NCBI GenBank assembly: GCA_032123435.1
Contig: JAQBFJ010000164.1
Coordinates: 1-62,270, forward strand
Source of the DNA: Verrucomicrobiota bacterium
Lineage (GTDB): Bacteria > Verrucomicrobiota > Kiritimatiellia > UBA8416 > JAQBFJ01
Length of the DNA stretch: 62,270 nucleotides
Reading direction: 5' to 3'
This document shows, piece after piece, positions 49,085 to 57,801 of the stretch (position 1 is its first letter; each line of letters begins with the position of its first letter). Made by a program: the position numbers and the translations under genes. The notes under the pieces were generated by a model. That model saw nothing but the letters and a program-made list of their open reading frames with translations, was not told the DNA's origin and searched no databases.

Positions 49085-50512
49085 ATGAAACCACATATTT
49101 GTATTATTCTTTCAGCATGTTTTCTTCTGAGCACTTTTACAGCCGCTCCTGCCAATCCTGTTACCAATGATGTTGTTTACGTGATCCCGATAAAGGGCAT
49201 GATCGAAAGAGGCCTGCTCTATGTTATCCGACGCGGCGTCGCAGAAGCGGAACAGAACGGAGCCGCAGCCATTATTCTAGACATGGATACTCCCGGCGGC
49301 CGGCTCGATTCAGCAAAAGAAATTATCAACATCATAGGCAATATAAATGTCAAAACATATACATTCGTTAATACCGACGCAATATCCGCCGGAGCCATAA
49401 TAGCCCTGGCTACCGACCATATATACATGGCGCCCGGCAGTCGAATCGGTGATGCCATGCCTCTTATGATGAGTCCTTTCGGAAGCGTACAGGAAATGCC
49501 TGCCAACCTGCAGGAAAAAATTTCATCACCAACAGCCGCTTTAATACGAGCCGCGGCTCAAAGGAAAAACCACGACCCACAGTTGGCGGAAGCCATGGTA
49601 CGGCCTGATATAGAATACAAAATTGGAGATAAAATCATATCAAAGCAGGGCGAACTACTGACACTCACTAATGTGGAAGCTGAACAGATGGTTGGAGAAA
49701 AAAAACAGAAACATCCACTGCTGTCGAGTGGAACCGTCGCGAATATCGACGAATTATTGAAAAAGATCGGCTTGCAGAACAGCCAATTGAAAGTTCTCGA
49801 GATATCATCTCTGGAAAAAATAGCGCGCTATATCGAACTTTTCTCCGCTCTGCTCCTTATTGGAGGACTTCTTGGTATATATATAGAATTCAAAACACCA
49901 GGATTCGGCCTTCCAGGTATACTGGGCGCCATCCTCCTTTTAATATGGTTCTGGGGTTATCACATTGCAGGCATGGCCGGCATGGGAGAAATAGTTTTAT
50001 TTATGGCGGGATTTATTCTTCTGATGATTGAATTATTCCTGATACCTGGATTCGGAATTGTCGGAGTGACAGGAATCTCACTCATGACTACATCACTGTT
50101 CCTGGCCATGGTAGAACACTATCCTGGTGGGTCATGGCTGAACATTTCGCCCCATTTCATGCAGGTGTCAATTATGAATCTGGGCGGCTCTCTCGTAGGA
50201 ACCTTTTTCTTTGTTATCATACTGGCCAGATTCCTGCCGGAAACGCATATATTCCAGAGAATAATGCTTGGCACAACTCTCGCACCGGAAAAAGGTTTTG
50301 TGGCTTCAGACAAAACCGATGATATGATCGGTATCAGAGGCACGGCATTAACGCCTTTACACCCGGCAGGTATAGGCATATTCGGGAATAATCGTCTGAA
50401 TGTAATCGCACGAGGTGATTTTATCGAAAAGGATTCTTCAATTATTATTGCAGAAACACATGGAAATCGTATAGTTGTTGAACCTGTTAAAAACTCGAAC
50501 AGTGAGGTCTAA
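49085..50512 (+). CDS. NfeD family membrane-bound ClpP-class serine protease
   Basis: Signal peptide, ClpP-like domain (IILDMDTPGGRLDSA, AISAGAIIALA), four TM helices, and a C-terminal OB-fold (GIRGTALTPLHPAGIGIFGNNRLNVIARGDFI). Confidence 0.85.
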   Translation: MKPHICIILSACFLLSTFTAAPANPVTNDVVYVIPIKGMIERGLLYVIRRGVAEAEQNGAAAIILDMDTPGGRLDSAKEIINIIGNINVKTYTFVNTDAISAGAIIALATDHIYMAPGSRIGDAMPLMMSPFGSVQEMPANLQEKISSPTAALIRAAAQRKNHDPQLAEAMVRPDIEYKIGDKIISKQGELLTLTNVEAEQMVGEKKQKHPLLSSGTVANIDELLKKIGLQNSQLKVLEISSLEKIARYIELFSALLLIGGLLGIYIEFKTPGFGLPGILGAILLLIWFWGYHIAGMAGMGEIVLFMAGFILLMIELFLIPGFGIVGVTGISLMTTSLFLAMVEHYPGGSWLNISPHFMQVSIMNLGGSLVGTFFFVIILARFLPETHIFQRIMLGTTLAPEKGFVASDKTDDMIGIRGTALTPLHPAGIGIFGNNRLNVIARGDFIEKDSSIIIAETHGNRIVVEPVKNSNSEV

Positions 50513-50522
50513 TATAACTGAC

Positions 50523-51008
50523 ATGGAACAACTTCCTGTACAAATCTTCGTGGTTCTTCTTGTTGTAGGTCTGATGCTTGTCGGAGCGGAAGTGTTCGTG
50601 CCAGGCGGCATACTGGGAGTTATTGGCGGAATAGCTCTGTTCGGCGCAATCATATCCGCTTTTACAGTTTTCGGACCTTCTGGCGGAGGCTACGTAACCA
50701 TAGCTATCGTTTTCCTGATCGGATTCGTCATATTTCTATGGGCAAGATTTTTCCCTGAAACATCAATCGGCAAAAGAATGACTGTTTCGCAGGATCTTTC
50801 AACGGCTAAAGGAACTGAAACCGGGCTATCAGAACTGGTTGGAGAGGAAGGTGTTGCCGTCTCCGATCTTAGACCAGCCGGTTTCGCTAGAATAAATGGC
50901 CGGAGAGTAGACGTCATTACGCAGGGCGGAATGATATCAAACGGCAATAAAATAAAGGTTATCCTGGTTGAAGGAAATCGTGTAATTGTAAGTAAACTGG
51001 AACGTTAA
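50523..51008 (+). CDS. Short NfeD family protein (membrane anchor plus OB-fold)
   Basis: TM helices followed by GEEGVAVSDLRPAGFARINGRRVDVITQGGMISNGNKIKV. Start taken at the internal ATG (MEQLPV), which avoids overlap with the upstream gene. Confidence 0.7.
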   Translation: MEQLPVQIFVVLLVVGLMLVGAEVFVPGGILGVIGGIALFGAIISAFTVFGPSGGGYVTIAIVFLIGFVIFLWARFFPETSIGKRMTVSQDLSTAKGTETGLSELVGEEGVAVSDLRPAGFARINGRRVDVITQGGMISNGNKIKVILVEGNRVIVSKLER

Positions 51009-51028
51009 AATAAAAAAAGGAGTAAGTT

Positions 51029-52054
51029 ATGGGTGGTTTCGCAACTGTTATAGTAGCAATACTTGGTCTCTTGGTAATTTCTTTCCTTATCATCTTCCTG
51101 AACTTTCTCGGCGTATGGATCAGGGCTCTTATGTCGGGAGCAAAGGTATCTCTAGGTTCTCTGATCGGCATGAAGCTTCGAAGGGTATCGCCATCCTTGA
51201 TAGTCGACGCGCGTATCAGAATGATAAAAGCAGGATTGAGTCTTTCCACGGATGAACTTGAAGCCCATTATCTGGCAGGCGGTGATGTGATTAACGTGGT
51301 CAACGCTCTCATTGCGGCAGACAAAGCGAATATACCGCTCAACTTTCAGAAAGGCGCGGCTATTGATCTGGCAGGACGTGACGTATTGGAAGCCGTTCGG
51401 ACAAGCGTTAATCCAAAGGTAATCGATTGTCCGGCCATTGGTACCGGTGCCGGCTCCAGCGGAATGCTCGATGCGGTAGCAAAGGACGGCATCCGCCTAT
51501 TGGTCAAGGCCAGGGTAACAGTGCGTGCCAATATAGAAAGGCTGGTTGGCGGTGCCAGTGAAGACACCATCATCGCTCGTGTCGGTCAGGGCATAGTCAG
51601 CGCCATCGGATCTTCTCTCAGTTACAAGGACGTGCTCGAAAACCCTGATAAAATAAGCAAAAAAGTGCTCGATAGCGGGCTTGATGCCCAGACTGGTTTT
51701 GAAATTGTATCTATTGATATAGCCGATATCAGCGTAGCCGGCGTTAACACGGTGTCCAACGTTGGCGCGCAACTGGAAACAGAACGCGCCGAGGCCGATA
51801 AACAAATGCGCCAGGCTGAAGCCGAAGGACGCAGAGCCATGGCAGTCGCGTACGAACAGGAAATGAAAGCCCGAGTACAGGAAATGCAGGCCAAGGTCAT
51901 GGAAGCAAAAGCAGAAGTGCCGCGCGCGATGGCACAGGCTTTCCGTGAAGGAAACCTTGGCGTTATGGATTATTACAAACTGCAGAATATTGAGGCCGAC
52001 ACAACCATGCGCAAGGCTATATCGGGTGAAGACGATGACGAACAGAGCAACTAG
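51029..52054 (+). CDS. floA: Flotillin-like protein FloA (UPF0365/YqfA family, SPFH superfamily)
   Basis: AAGGAG Shine-Dalgarno. [52 protein letters not shown] and [11 protein letters not shown] match the FloA family. Confidence 0.9.
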   Translation: MGGFATVIVAILGLLVISFLIIFLNFLGVWIRALMSGAKVSLGSLIGMKLRRVSPSLIVDARIRMIKAGLSLSTDELEAHYLAGGDVINVVNALIAADKANIPLNFQKGAAIDLAGRDVLEAVRTSVNPKVIDCPAIGTGAGSSGMLDAVAKDGIRLLVKARVTVRANIERLVGGASEDTIIARVGQGIVSAIGSSLSYKDVLENPDKISKKVLDSGLDAQTGFEIVSIDIADISVAGVNTVSNVGAQLETERAEADKQMRQAEAEGRRAMAVAYEQEMKARVQEMQAKVMEAKAEVPRAMAQAFREGNLGVMDYYKLQNIEADTTMRKAISGEDDDEQSN

Positions 52055-52077
52055 GCGCACTATAGCGCAATAATGCT

Positions 52078-52641
52078 ATGCTTAACTATTGCCACATAGC
52101 CGCTGTCAGCCCGGAAGGAGTATTCTGGTTTGTCATAATCATAATCTCTATCGTAATGCAACTGCTTAAGGCAAAACGGGCTGCTGCTTTATCCAGTGAA
52201 TCGGATAATAAACCGGAATCTGGGCCCTTCAGCGGCTCGCCTGTCACAGAGCTGGAAGAATTTATGCAAAGTCTCAGCGGAAGAATCGAGGAGGCTGTCT
52301 CACCGCAGCAGCCACCTACGCCGCGACCAGCACAATTTCAGCATCAGCAGGGCGTGCCTGCGGCAAGACCAGCAATTCGACAACAAGCCAAGGTAGCCAG
52401 ACGCGCCCATTCATTTGAACCGCAGGCACCCAGAAAAAAGCCGCCTGCGGTTACTGCCGTAATACAAAAAAAAGAGCCCTTAACAAAAAAGCAAGCGATC
52501 ACTAAGCTCAAACAGAACGAACTGCGGAACAACATAGGACTCGACTTAATCAAGACAGACGGCCTGCGCAAAGCAATGCTTTTACGTGAAATACTGGGGC
52601 CACCTGTTGGACTGCGAAAACAATTGGAAATGAGGATTTAG
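52078..52641 (+). CDS. Hypothetical protein (one TM helix, Pro/Gln-rich linker)
   Basis: 187-aa ORF following floA. Hydrophobic VFWFVIIIISIVMQLL, then low-complexity sequence. No family recognised. Confidence 0.4.
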   Translation: MLNYCHIAAVSPEGVFWFVIIIISIVMQLLKAKRAAALSSESDNKPESGPFSGSPVTELEEFMQSLSGRIEEAVSPQQPPTPRPAQFQHQQGVPAARPAIRQQAKVARRAHSFEPQAPRKKPPAVTAVIQKKEPLTKKQAITKLKQNELRNNIGLDLIKTDGLRKAMLLREILGPPVGLRKQLEMRI

Positions 52642-53096
52642 CTGTCATTTGACGCTGACGAGCGCAGCCATATCTTCACTTTTATCCGTTTTTTACCCCA
52701 TTTTCTCGCAATAGTATGACCATTAAAGTATAGATCTATACGGTCACCTTTAATCGCACCGCCAACATCCTCAACCCGGCCATATCCGTACCCATCAACA
52801 TACATCACCGTACCGAAAGGATACCTTGTAGTATCAGCCGCAATAGTTCCATGTCCTGCGCGTGTGCCGCTGGCAGTTACACCCACCTTCTTGGGTTTAC
52901 CCGCCAATGAGCCTGAACTGTAAATTGGTCGACCATACCAATTGCGGCGCCATCCACAGCATTTCCCGCATTTACAGTAACCTGTTATCTCGAGAGTACG
53001 TTCAATAGGACGAATATCTTTTGGCGGTCGAATCTCACAACAACCTGAAAGTATGCACGCAAGACACGTTACAATAAAACTTTTCCATTTGCGCAT
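52638..53096 (-). CDS. 3D (MltA/RlpA-like) domain-containing lipoprotein
   Basis: Lipobox LSGC. GHGTIAADTTRYPFGTVMYVDGYGYGRVEDVGGAIKGDRIDLYF carries the three conserved Asp residues of the 3D domain. Confidence 0.8.
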   Translation of the reverse strand: MRKWKSFIVTCLACILSGCCEIRPPKDIRPIERTLEITGYCKCGKCCGWRRNWYGRPIYSSGSLAGKPKKVGVTASGTRAGHGTIAADTTRYPFGTVMYVDGYGYGRVEDVGGAIKGDRIDLYFNGHTIARKWGKKRIKVKIWLRSSASNDS

Positions 53097-53216
53097 GATG
53101 AAAGTAATTTAACGGAATACCACCGTGTCCGCAAGTCCGCTGACCGAAAAAACCGGAAAAATAACGGGAGTGCCCGGATACTCGATGCTTTCCTCTCAGG
53201 CCTTCCTTTTTCTAAT

Positions 53217-54401
53217 CTATATTCTTACCCATTTAGCATTCGCTTTAGATGACTTTACTACGGCCTCGATAAACTCCATGCCGCGAATCCCGGAATCAAC
53301 ATTCGGAAAGTCAGTCGCGAGTGGATCGGGTTTCTTGCCCTCTATATTAGCTCTCACGGTGTCCGAGAAATTGACGTAGTTGTTAGCGAATGCCTCAAGA
53401 AAAGCTTCAGGATGACCAAACGGCAGGCGTGTGCCACGTTTTGCTGCAGCGCTTTTAGTGCCTACATAGTCATTACCCCTGCGCCATACTTTCACCGGCC
53501 CATCGATCTGAAAGACTTTCAGGTCGTTAGGATACTCCTGGTGCCACTCAAGACTTCCGGTTTCACCATGCACCCAGATGGCCAGGTCGTTCTCCTTGCC
53601 AACAGATATCTGACTGGCAAACAGGATGCCCTTCGCTCCGCCCTTGTACCTTACGAGGCAGTTGCCGTCATCATCCAACCTGCGTCCCTTGATAAAGGCT
53701 GTCAGGTCTGCGGCGATCTCCTTGATCTGGAGGCCTGTAATATATTCTGCCAGATTCTCCGCGTGTGTACCGATGTCGCCCATACAGCCAGCGGCCCCGC
53801 TTTGTTTTGGGTCCGTTCTCCAGGCGGCCTGCGGCTGTCCTTCGCGCTCGATAGGTTTTATCAGCCAGCCCTGCGGGTACTGCACGACTATCTTGAGCAC
53901 CTTGCCGATATCGCCCTGCTTCACCATATCTTTGGCGAGCTTGACCATCGGATAGCCGGTGTAATTATGCATCAGGCCGAACACTTTGCCTGACTTCTGA
54001 ACGATTTTCTTTAGCGCTTTAGCTTCCTTAACATTCATTGTCATAGGCTTTTCGCACATAACATGGAATCCCGCCTGCAGGAAATCCTTCGCTATCGGGA
54101 AATGCCAATTGTTAGGCACGCATATCGAGACAAAATCAATACGCTCATCGTCCGGCAATGCCAGCTCCTTCTCGATCATTTCCTTGTAGTTGTTGTACGC
54201 GCGCTTCTTGTCGATACAAAGTTGCCTGCCCATCTGTTTACTGAATCGCGGATTGATATCAAAAGCGCCCGCAACTATTTCGATACCACCGTCCATGCGC
54301 GCCGCCTTGCGGTGCACTTCGCCTATAAAAGCGTTTGGGCCGCCGCCGACCATGCCCATTCTCAGTTTCCTGTTCGCAGTTTTCTGACTATCTTTTTTCA
54401 T
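53217..54401 (-). CDS. Gfo/Idh/MocA family oxidoreductase
   Basis: Rossmann LRMGMVGGGPNAFIGEVH, FVSICVPNWHF and CEKPM. Start at the ATG 5 nt after AAGGAGG; the track start at 54431 lies upstream of the Shine-Dalgarno. Confidence 0.9.
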   Translation of the reverse strand: MKKDSQKTANRKLRMGMVGGGPNAFIGEVHRKAARMDGGIEIVAGAFDINPRFSKQMGRQLCIDKKRAYNNYKEMIEKELALPDDERIDFVSICVPNNWHFPIAKDFLQAGFHVMCEKPMTMNVKEAKALKKIVQKSGKVFGLMHNYTGYPMVKLAKDMVKQGDIGKVLKIVVQYPQGWLIKPIEREGQPQAAWRTDPKQSGAAGCMGDIGTHAENLAEYITGLQIKEIAADLTAFIKGRRLDDDGNCLVRYKGGAKGILFASQISVGKENDLAIWVHGETGSLEWHQEYPNDLKVFQIDGPVKVWRRGNDYVGTKSAAAKRGTRLPFGHPEAFLEAFANNYVNFSDTVRANIEGKKPDPLATDFPNVDSGIRGMEFIEAVVKSSKANAKWVRI

Positions 54402-54620
54402 ACAGGCCTCCTTATATTGATTTTTTTGCAATTATTACCCTGATGTTTTATTAACTGCCGTCTCAAATTCGATGATTATTACTGCATAATACATATTGAA
54501 AAATCAAGAGGTTTGTGAATATTTTTTCGGTTGCATGGCTCTCCGTTTTCCGCTTCCCAGACCTCAATCAATTTGTTACTGTTTTGATCCGCAACAGTTA
54601 CTGCCGGAGGACAAATTATT

Positions 54621-55055
54621 ATGGCAACAAGGAAAACAATCGGTAAAGAACACAAGGAACTTACCATCCTTAAACGAAGCACTGCCAGACATCCGGATTC
54701 ACCGGATAAAGCCATGCTTGAAGCGTTCCGCAACACCCATGAACAGCGTGATTACTGGATTACGTTCGAATGTCCTGAATTTACAGCTATCTGCCCTGTC
54801 ACCGGCCAGCCTGATTTCGGACATATCACGATCCGGTATATTCCCGATAAGCTCTGCCTGGAAAGTAAATCATTGAAGCTTTATCTATTCTCCTTCAGAA
54901 ATCACGGTGCATTTCATGAAGAAGTAGTGAATCGTATACTGGACAACATTACAAAAGCAATCAAACCACGTCACATCACCGTAACAGGCAAGTTCAATCC
55001 GCGCGGGGGAATATCAATCACGGTCGAAGCAAGCGGGGACGCGGCGCATTGTTAA
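54621..55055 (+). CDS. queF: NADPH-dependent 7-cyano-7-deazaguanine (preQ0) reductase, unimodular type
   Basis: GGAGG Shine-Dalgarno. [15 protein letters not shown] (catalytic Cys), [13 protein letters not shown] (QueF motif), and [11 protein letters not shown]-like region. Confidence 0.9.
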   Translation: MATRKTIGKEHKELTILKRSTARHPDSPDKAMLEAFRNTHEQRDYWITFECPEFTAICPVTGQPDFGHITIRYIPDKLCLESKSLKLYLFSFRNHGAFHEEVVNRILDNITKAIKPRHITVTGKFNPRGGISITVEASGDAAHC

Positions 55056-55142
55056 CGCTGCAAGTGCTGCAGGCGGGGCCTGACTTCAACATTGGGACAC
55101 CCGAACAAAAAGCATGAAAATTATGGTAAAAATGATATAAAT

Positions 55143-55222
55143 CGCTTTCGAAATCGGGATCGCTTTCGAAATCGAATCATAATTGCCAATCGCGATCCCC
55201 GACAGCGATCCCGATTTCGATT
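55143..55222. repeat. Intergenic repeat cluster: two direct copies of CGCTTTCGAAATCG plus an inverted copy forming a 17-bp stem
   Basis: Direct copies at 55143-55156 and 55161-55174. TCGAAATCGGGATCGCT (55148-55164) is the exact reverse complement of 55204-55220. Lies between the convergent queF and the downstream minus-strand gene. Confidence 0.6.
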
Positions 55223-55233
55223 TGGACACTATT

Positions 55234-55746
55234 TCAGCGCTTTATCAACCAGTCTATCCATCCACCGTCTTCCGATACAACCACGATGCCTTTCTGAATC
55301 AGAAGGCATAAAACCGTGACAGCTACACCGGCAATAAGCACACCTATAACGTTTGCCACGCTGAATTTACGCCTATCCAACCCCAGCAAATACGCGCCGA
55401 AAGCGCCTGTATAAACACCGGAGCCAGGCAGAGGAATGCCAATGAATACCGCAACACCCAGCTCTCCGTATTTCTCGACATAAGGATGCAGTTTATGTCT
55501 GGTTCTTTCAAGAATGGGCCAGATCCTGTTTTCAAACCATTGCCATTTTCTTGTAACCGTAAATACAGGACCCATCACCCAGAACACGAACCAACCCAGT
55601 ATAATATTAACAACCACGCATATTACTGTCGCCACAGGCCATGATATACTGTCCTTCAATGCAAAGAACCCGAACGGAATGGAAGCCCTGAGCTCAAGGG
55701 CTGGAAGCAGTGTAATGCCTGCCAGTAAAAGAATTGCCCTGATCAC
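55234..55746 (-). CDS. Small membrane protein, putative small multidrug export (Sm_multidrug_ex/COG2426) family
   Basis: 170 aa with 4-5 TM helices. N-terminal LPALELRASIPFG and GIPLPGSGVYTGA resemble this family. Confidence 0.65.
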   Translation of the reverse strand: MIRAILLLAGITLLPALELRASIPFGFFALKDSISWPVATVICVVVNIILGWFVFWVMGPVFTVTRKWQWFENRIWPILERTRHKLHPYVEKYGELGVAVFIGIPLPGSGVYTGAFGAYLLGLDRRKFSVANVIGVLIAGVAVTVLCLLIQKGIVVVSEDGGWIDWLIKR

Positions 55747-55770
55747 AACGGATCCTTTCTTTTAATATCG

Positions 55771-56508
55771 TTATGTGCCCGCATTGCGCTTTTTTCTGTA
55801 CTTGCTGAGCATATTGAAAAACCTGATTGTATCTTTAACCGGACTGATCTTGCTCTTTTCATCTCCGTAAATAACTTTTATCGGCGCTGCTCCAATCAAA
55901 ACCCCTGCTTCGGCAAGATTAAGAAGGAACTCTGAATCGGCCGTAAACCGGTCAGATTCAATATTGAGGAATTTAAGCACGTCACATTTATACAAACGGA
56001 AACCTGACTGTGTATCCGGCACCAATTGCCCCATTTTTCTACTCAACAGCCAGCTCATGAACTTATTCGTCATTCTCCGTACAAACGGCATATTGACCGG
56101 ATTATCCATTCTACTGCCTATTATTACAGGCTTTTCTGTCTTATCATACTCAGCAATCAATCCGGCAATATCCGCCGGATCATGCTGGCCATCGCTATCC
56201 ATTGTGATAACAAACTCGAACTCACGTTCGACTGCCGCTTTGAATCCTGATACCAGCGCGCCGCCCTTCCCTTTATTTTTTTCATGCACTACCACCACTG
56301 CGCCGGCATTTTCCGCTTCACGCGCGGTAGCATCTATTGAACCGTCATCCACAACAATAACATCAGGACAATATTTGAGTATTCCGGCAACAACCTTGCC
56401 GACGCGCCCTTCTTCCTGATACGCCGGTAATATAACGCAATATCTTCTATCACTTCCAATCGTCACGCTTTTCTTCTCCCTGATCTGAGAACAGCCTACC
56501 TTCAACAT
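55771..56508 (-). CDS. Glycosyltransferase family 2
   Basis: CVILPAYQEEGRV, VIVVDDGSIDAT, KNKGKGGAL and ITMDSDGQHDP (DxD). The start is uncertain; a GTG at 56463 is possible. Confidence 0.85.
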   Translation of the reverse strand: MLKVGCSQIREKKSVTIGSDRRYCVILPAYQEEGRVGKVVAGILKYCPDVIVVDDGSIDATAREAENAGAVVVVHEKNKGKGGALVSGFKAAVEREFEFVITMDSDGQHDPADIAGLIAEYDKTEKPVIIGSRMDNPVNMPFVRRMTNKFMSWLLSRKMGQLVPDTQSGFRLYKCDVLKFLNIESDRFTADSEFLLNLAEAGVLIGAAPIKVIYGDEKSKISPVKDTIRFFNMLSKYRKKRNAGT

Positions 56509-56673
56509 GCTCCAAGTTCAAGCAATGCAGCACATCACGTATACCGGCATCCTTACTTTTTCCAACGCAATTAGAACATATTATGCCATCATTAACAACA
56601 CAGATACTTACCATTTTCGACATATATAACCCCACTTGCCCTTGACTGGAAAGCATGATATAGTACGTGTCTA

Positions 56674-57801
56674 ATGAACGACAAATTCTGCAATTCCCTG
56701 TCAAGACGCGATTTTATCCGCATGGCCAGCGTCACCGCGCTTGCCGGCTGCGGGATTAACGCGCAGGCCGCGAATGTATTGGCAACACCGGAACTTCGAG
56801 AAGCGCTCCACTATCAGACACTGGATGAACAGAAAATCCAATGCATGCTCTGCCCATGGCAATGCACGGTCGCAAACTGGCAACGCGGCATATGTGGTGT
56901 ACGCGAGAACAGGAACGGCCGTTATTACACACTCACTTACGGCCGGCCCTGCGCGATACATAATGACCCAATAGAGAAAAAACCTTTTTTTCATGTTTAT
57001 CCCGGCTCTAAAGCTTTCTCAATAGCCACGGTAGGCTGTAATATCGACTGCAAATTCTGCCAGAATTGGGACATCTCACAAAAGAACCCCGATGATATAT
57101 CCGTCCAATTCAAGAGCCCACGGGAAATTGCCCAAAGAGCGGCTCAAGCCAAATCGCGTACTGTCGCCTATACATACAGCGAACCAACTGTTTTCTTTGA
57201 ATATATGCTCGACTGCGCCATGGAAGTAAAAAAGCTCGGACTCGGGAACATCGTTGTCAGCAACGGATTCATTAATGAAGAGCCGCTGAAACAGTTATGT
57301 AAAATAATGACGGCCATAAAAATAGATCTGAAATCTTTTTCTCAGCAGTTTTACGGCAGTATATGCAACGGTCAGCTTAAACCTGTTCTTAATACCCTGG
57401 AACGTCTGGCCGGATCAGGAGTATGGTTTGAAATAGTGGTTCTTGTAATACCAACACTTAATGACAACATGGATGAAATAAAACGCATGTCGGAATGGAT
57501 AGTCAAACACCTGGGTGTGAATGTGCCTCTGCATTTTACGCGGTTTCATCCCGCCTATAAGATTCAGAACCTGCCCAGCACACCGGCGGCTACTTTGAGC
57601 AAAGTTCATCAAATCGCGAGCGCGCAAGGCTGTAATTTTGTCTATGGCGGCAATATGCCGGGCATAAAGACTGAAAACACATATTGTCCGAAATGTCAGC
57701 ACCTGCTGGTGGACCGGTACGGAATGATGCTCATATCCGACGAACTAAAAGACGGCAAATGTCCGAAATGCGGAACATCTATTCCGGGAGTGTGGCGCTA
57801 A
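56674..57801 (+). CDS. AmmeMemoRadiSam system radical SAM enzyme with N-terminal twin-arginine signal
   Basis: SRRDFIRMASVTALAGCGINAQA is a Tat-type signal. IQCMLCPWQC, DPIEKKPFFH and radical SAM CNIDCKFCQNWDIS. C-terminal CPKCQH...CPKCG. Confidence 0.85.
   Translation: MNDKFCNSLSRRDFIRMASVTALAGCGINAQAANVLATPELREALHYQTLDEQKIQCMLCPWQCTVANWQRGICGVRENRNGRYYTLTYGRPCAIHNDPIEKKPFFHVYPGSKAFSIATVGCNIDCKFCQNWDISQKNPDDISVQFKSPREIAQRAAQAKSRTVAYTYSEPTVFFEYMLDCAMEVKKLGLGNIVVSNGFINEEPLKQLCKIMTAIKIDLKSFSQQFYGSICNGQLKPVLNTLERLAGSGVWFEIVVLVIPTLNDNMDEIKRMSEWIVKHLGVNVPLHFTRFHPAYKIQNLPSTPAATLSKVHQIASAQGCNFVYGGNMPGIKTENTYCPKCQHLLVDRYGMMLISDELKDGKCPKCGTSIPGVWR

Noticed and set aside
54432-54620. Possible preQ1 riboswitch upstream of queF (an AGAGGTTTG...ATTTTTT stretch and an imperfect hairpin GTTACTGTT...AACAGTTAC)
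   Set aside because: The matching CCCTCT 3' arm and the A-rich tail of the preQ1-I consensus are absent, and the hairpin has a mismatch. Evidence is insufficient without a covariance-model scan.
55092-55319. 75-aa ORF and a CRISPR-like reading of the short repeats after queF
   Set aside because: Only two direct copies and one inverted copy of a 14-17-bp unit are present. There are no regular spacers or cas genes. The ORF sequence (RFRNRDRFRNR...) is simply the repeat translated.
56450-56623. Cys-rich 57-aa ORF (MSKMVSICVVNDGIICSNCVGK...HC) between the GT2 and radical SAM genes
   Set aside because: It overlaps the GT2 5' end, has only a weak G-rich Shine-Dalgarno, and has no family match I can recognise. 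It might be real, but it is not supportable from sequence alone.
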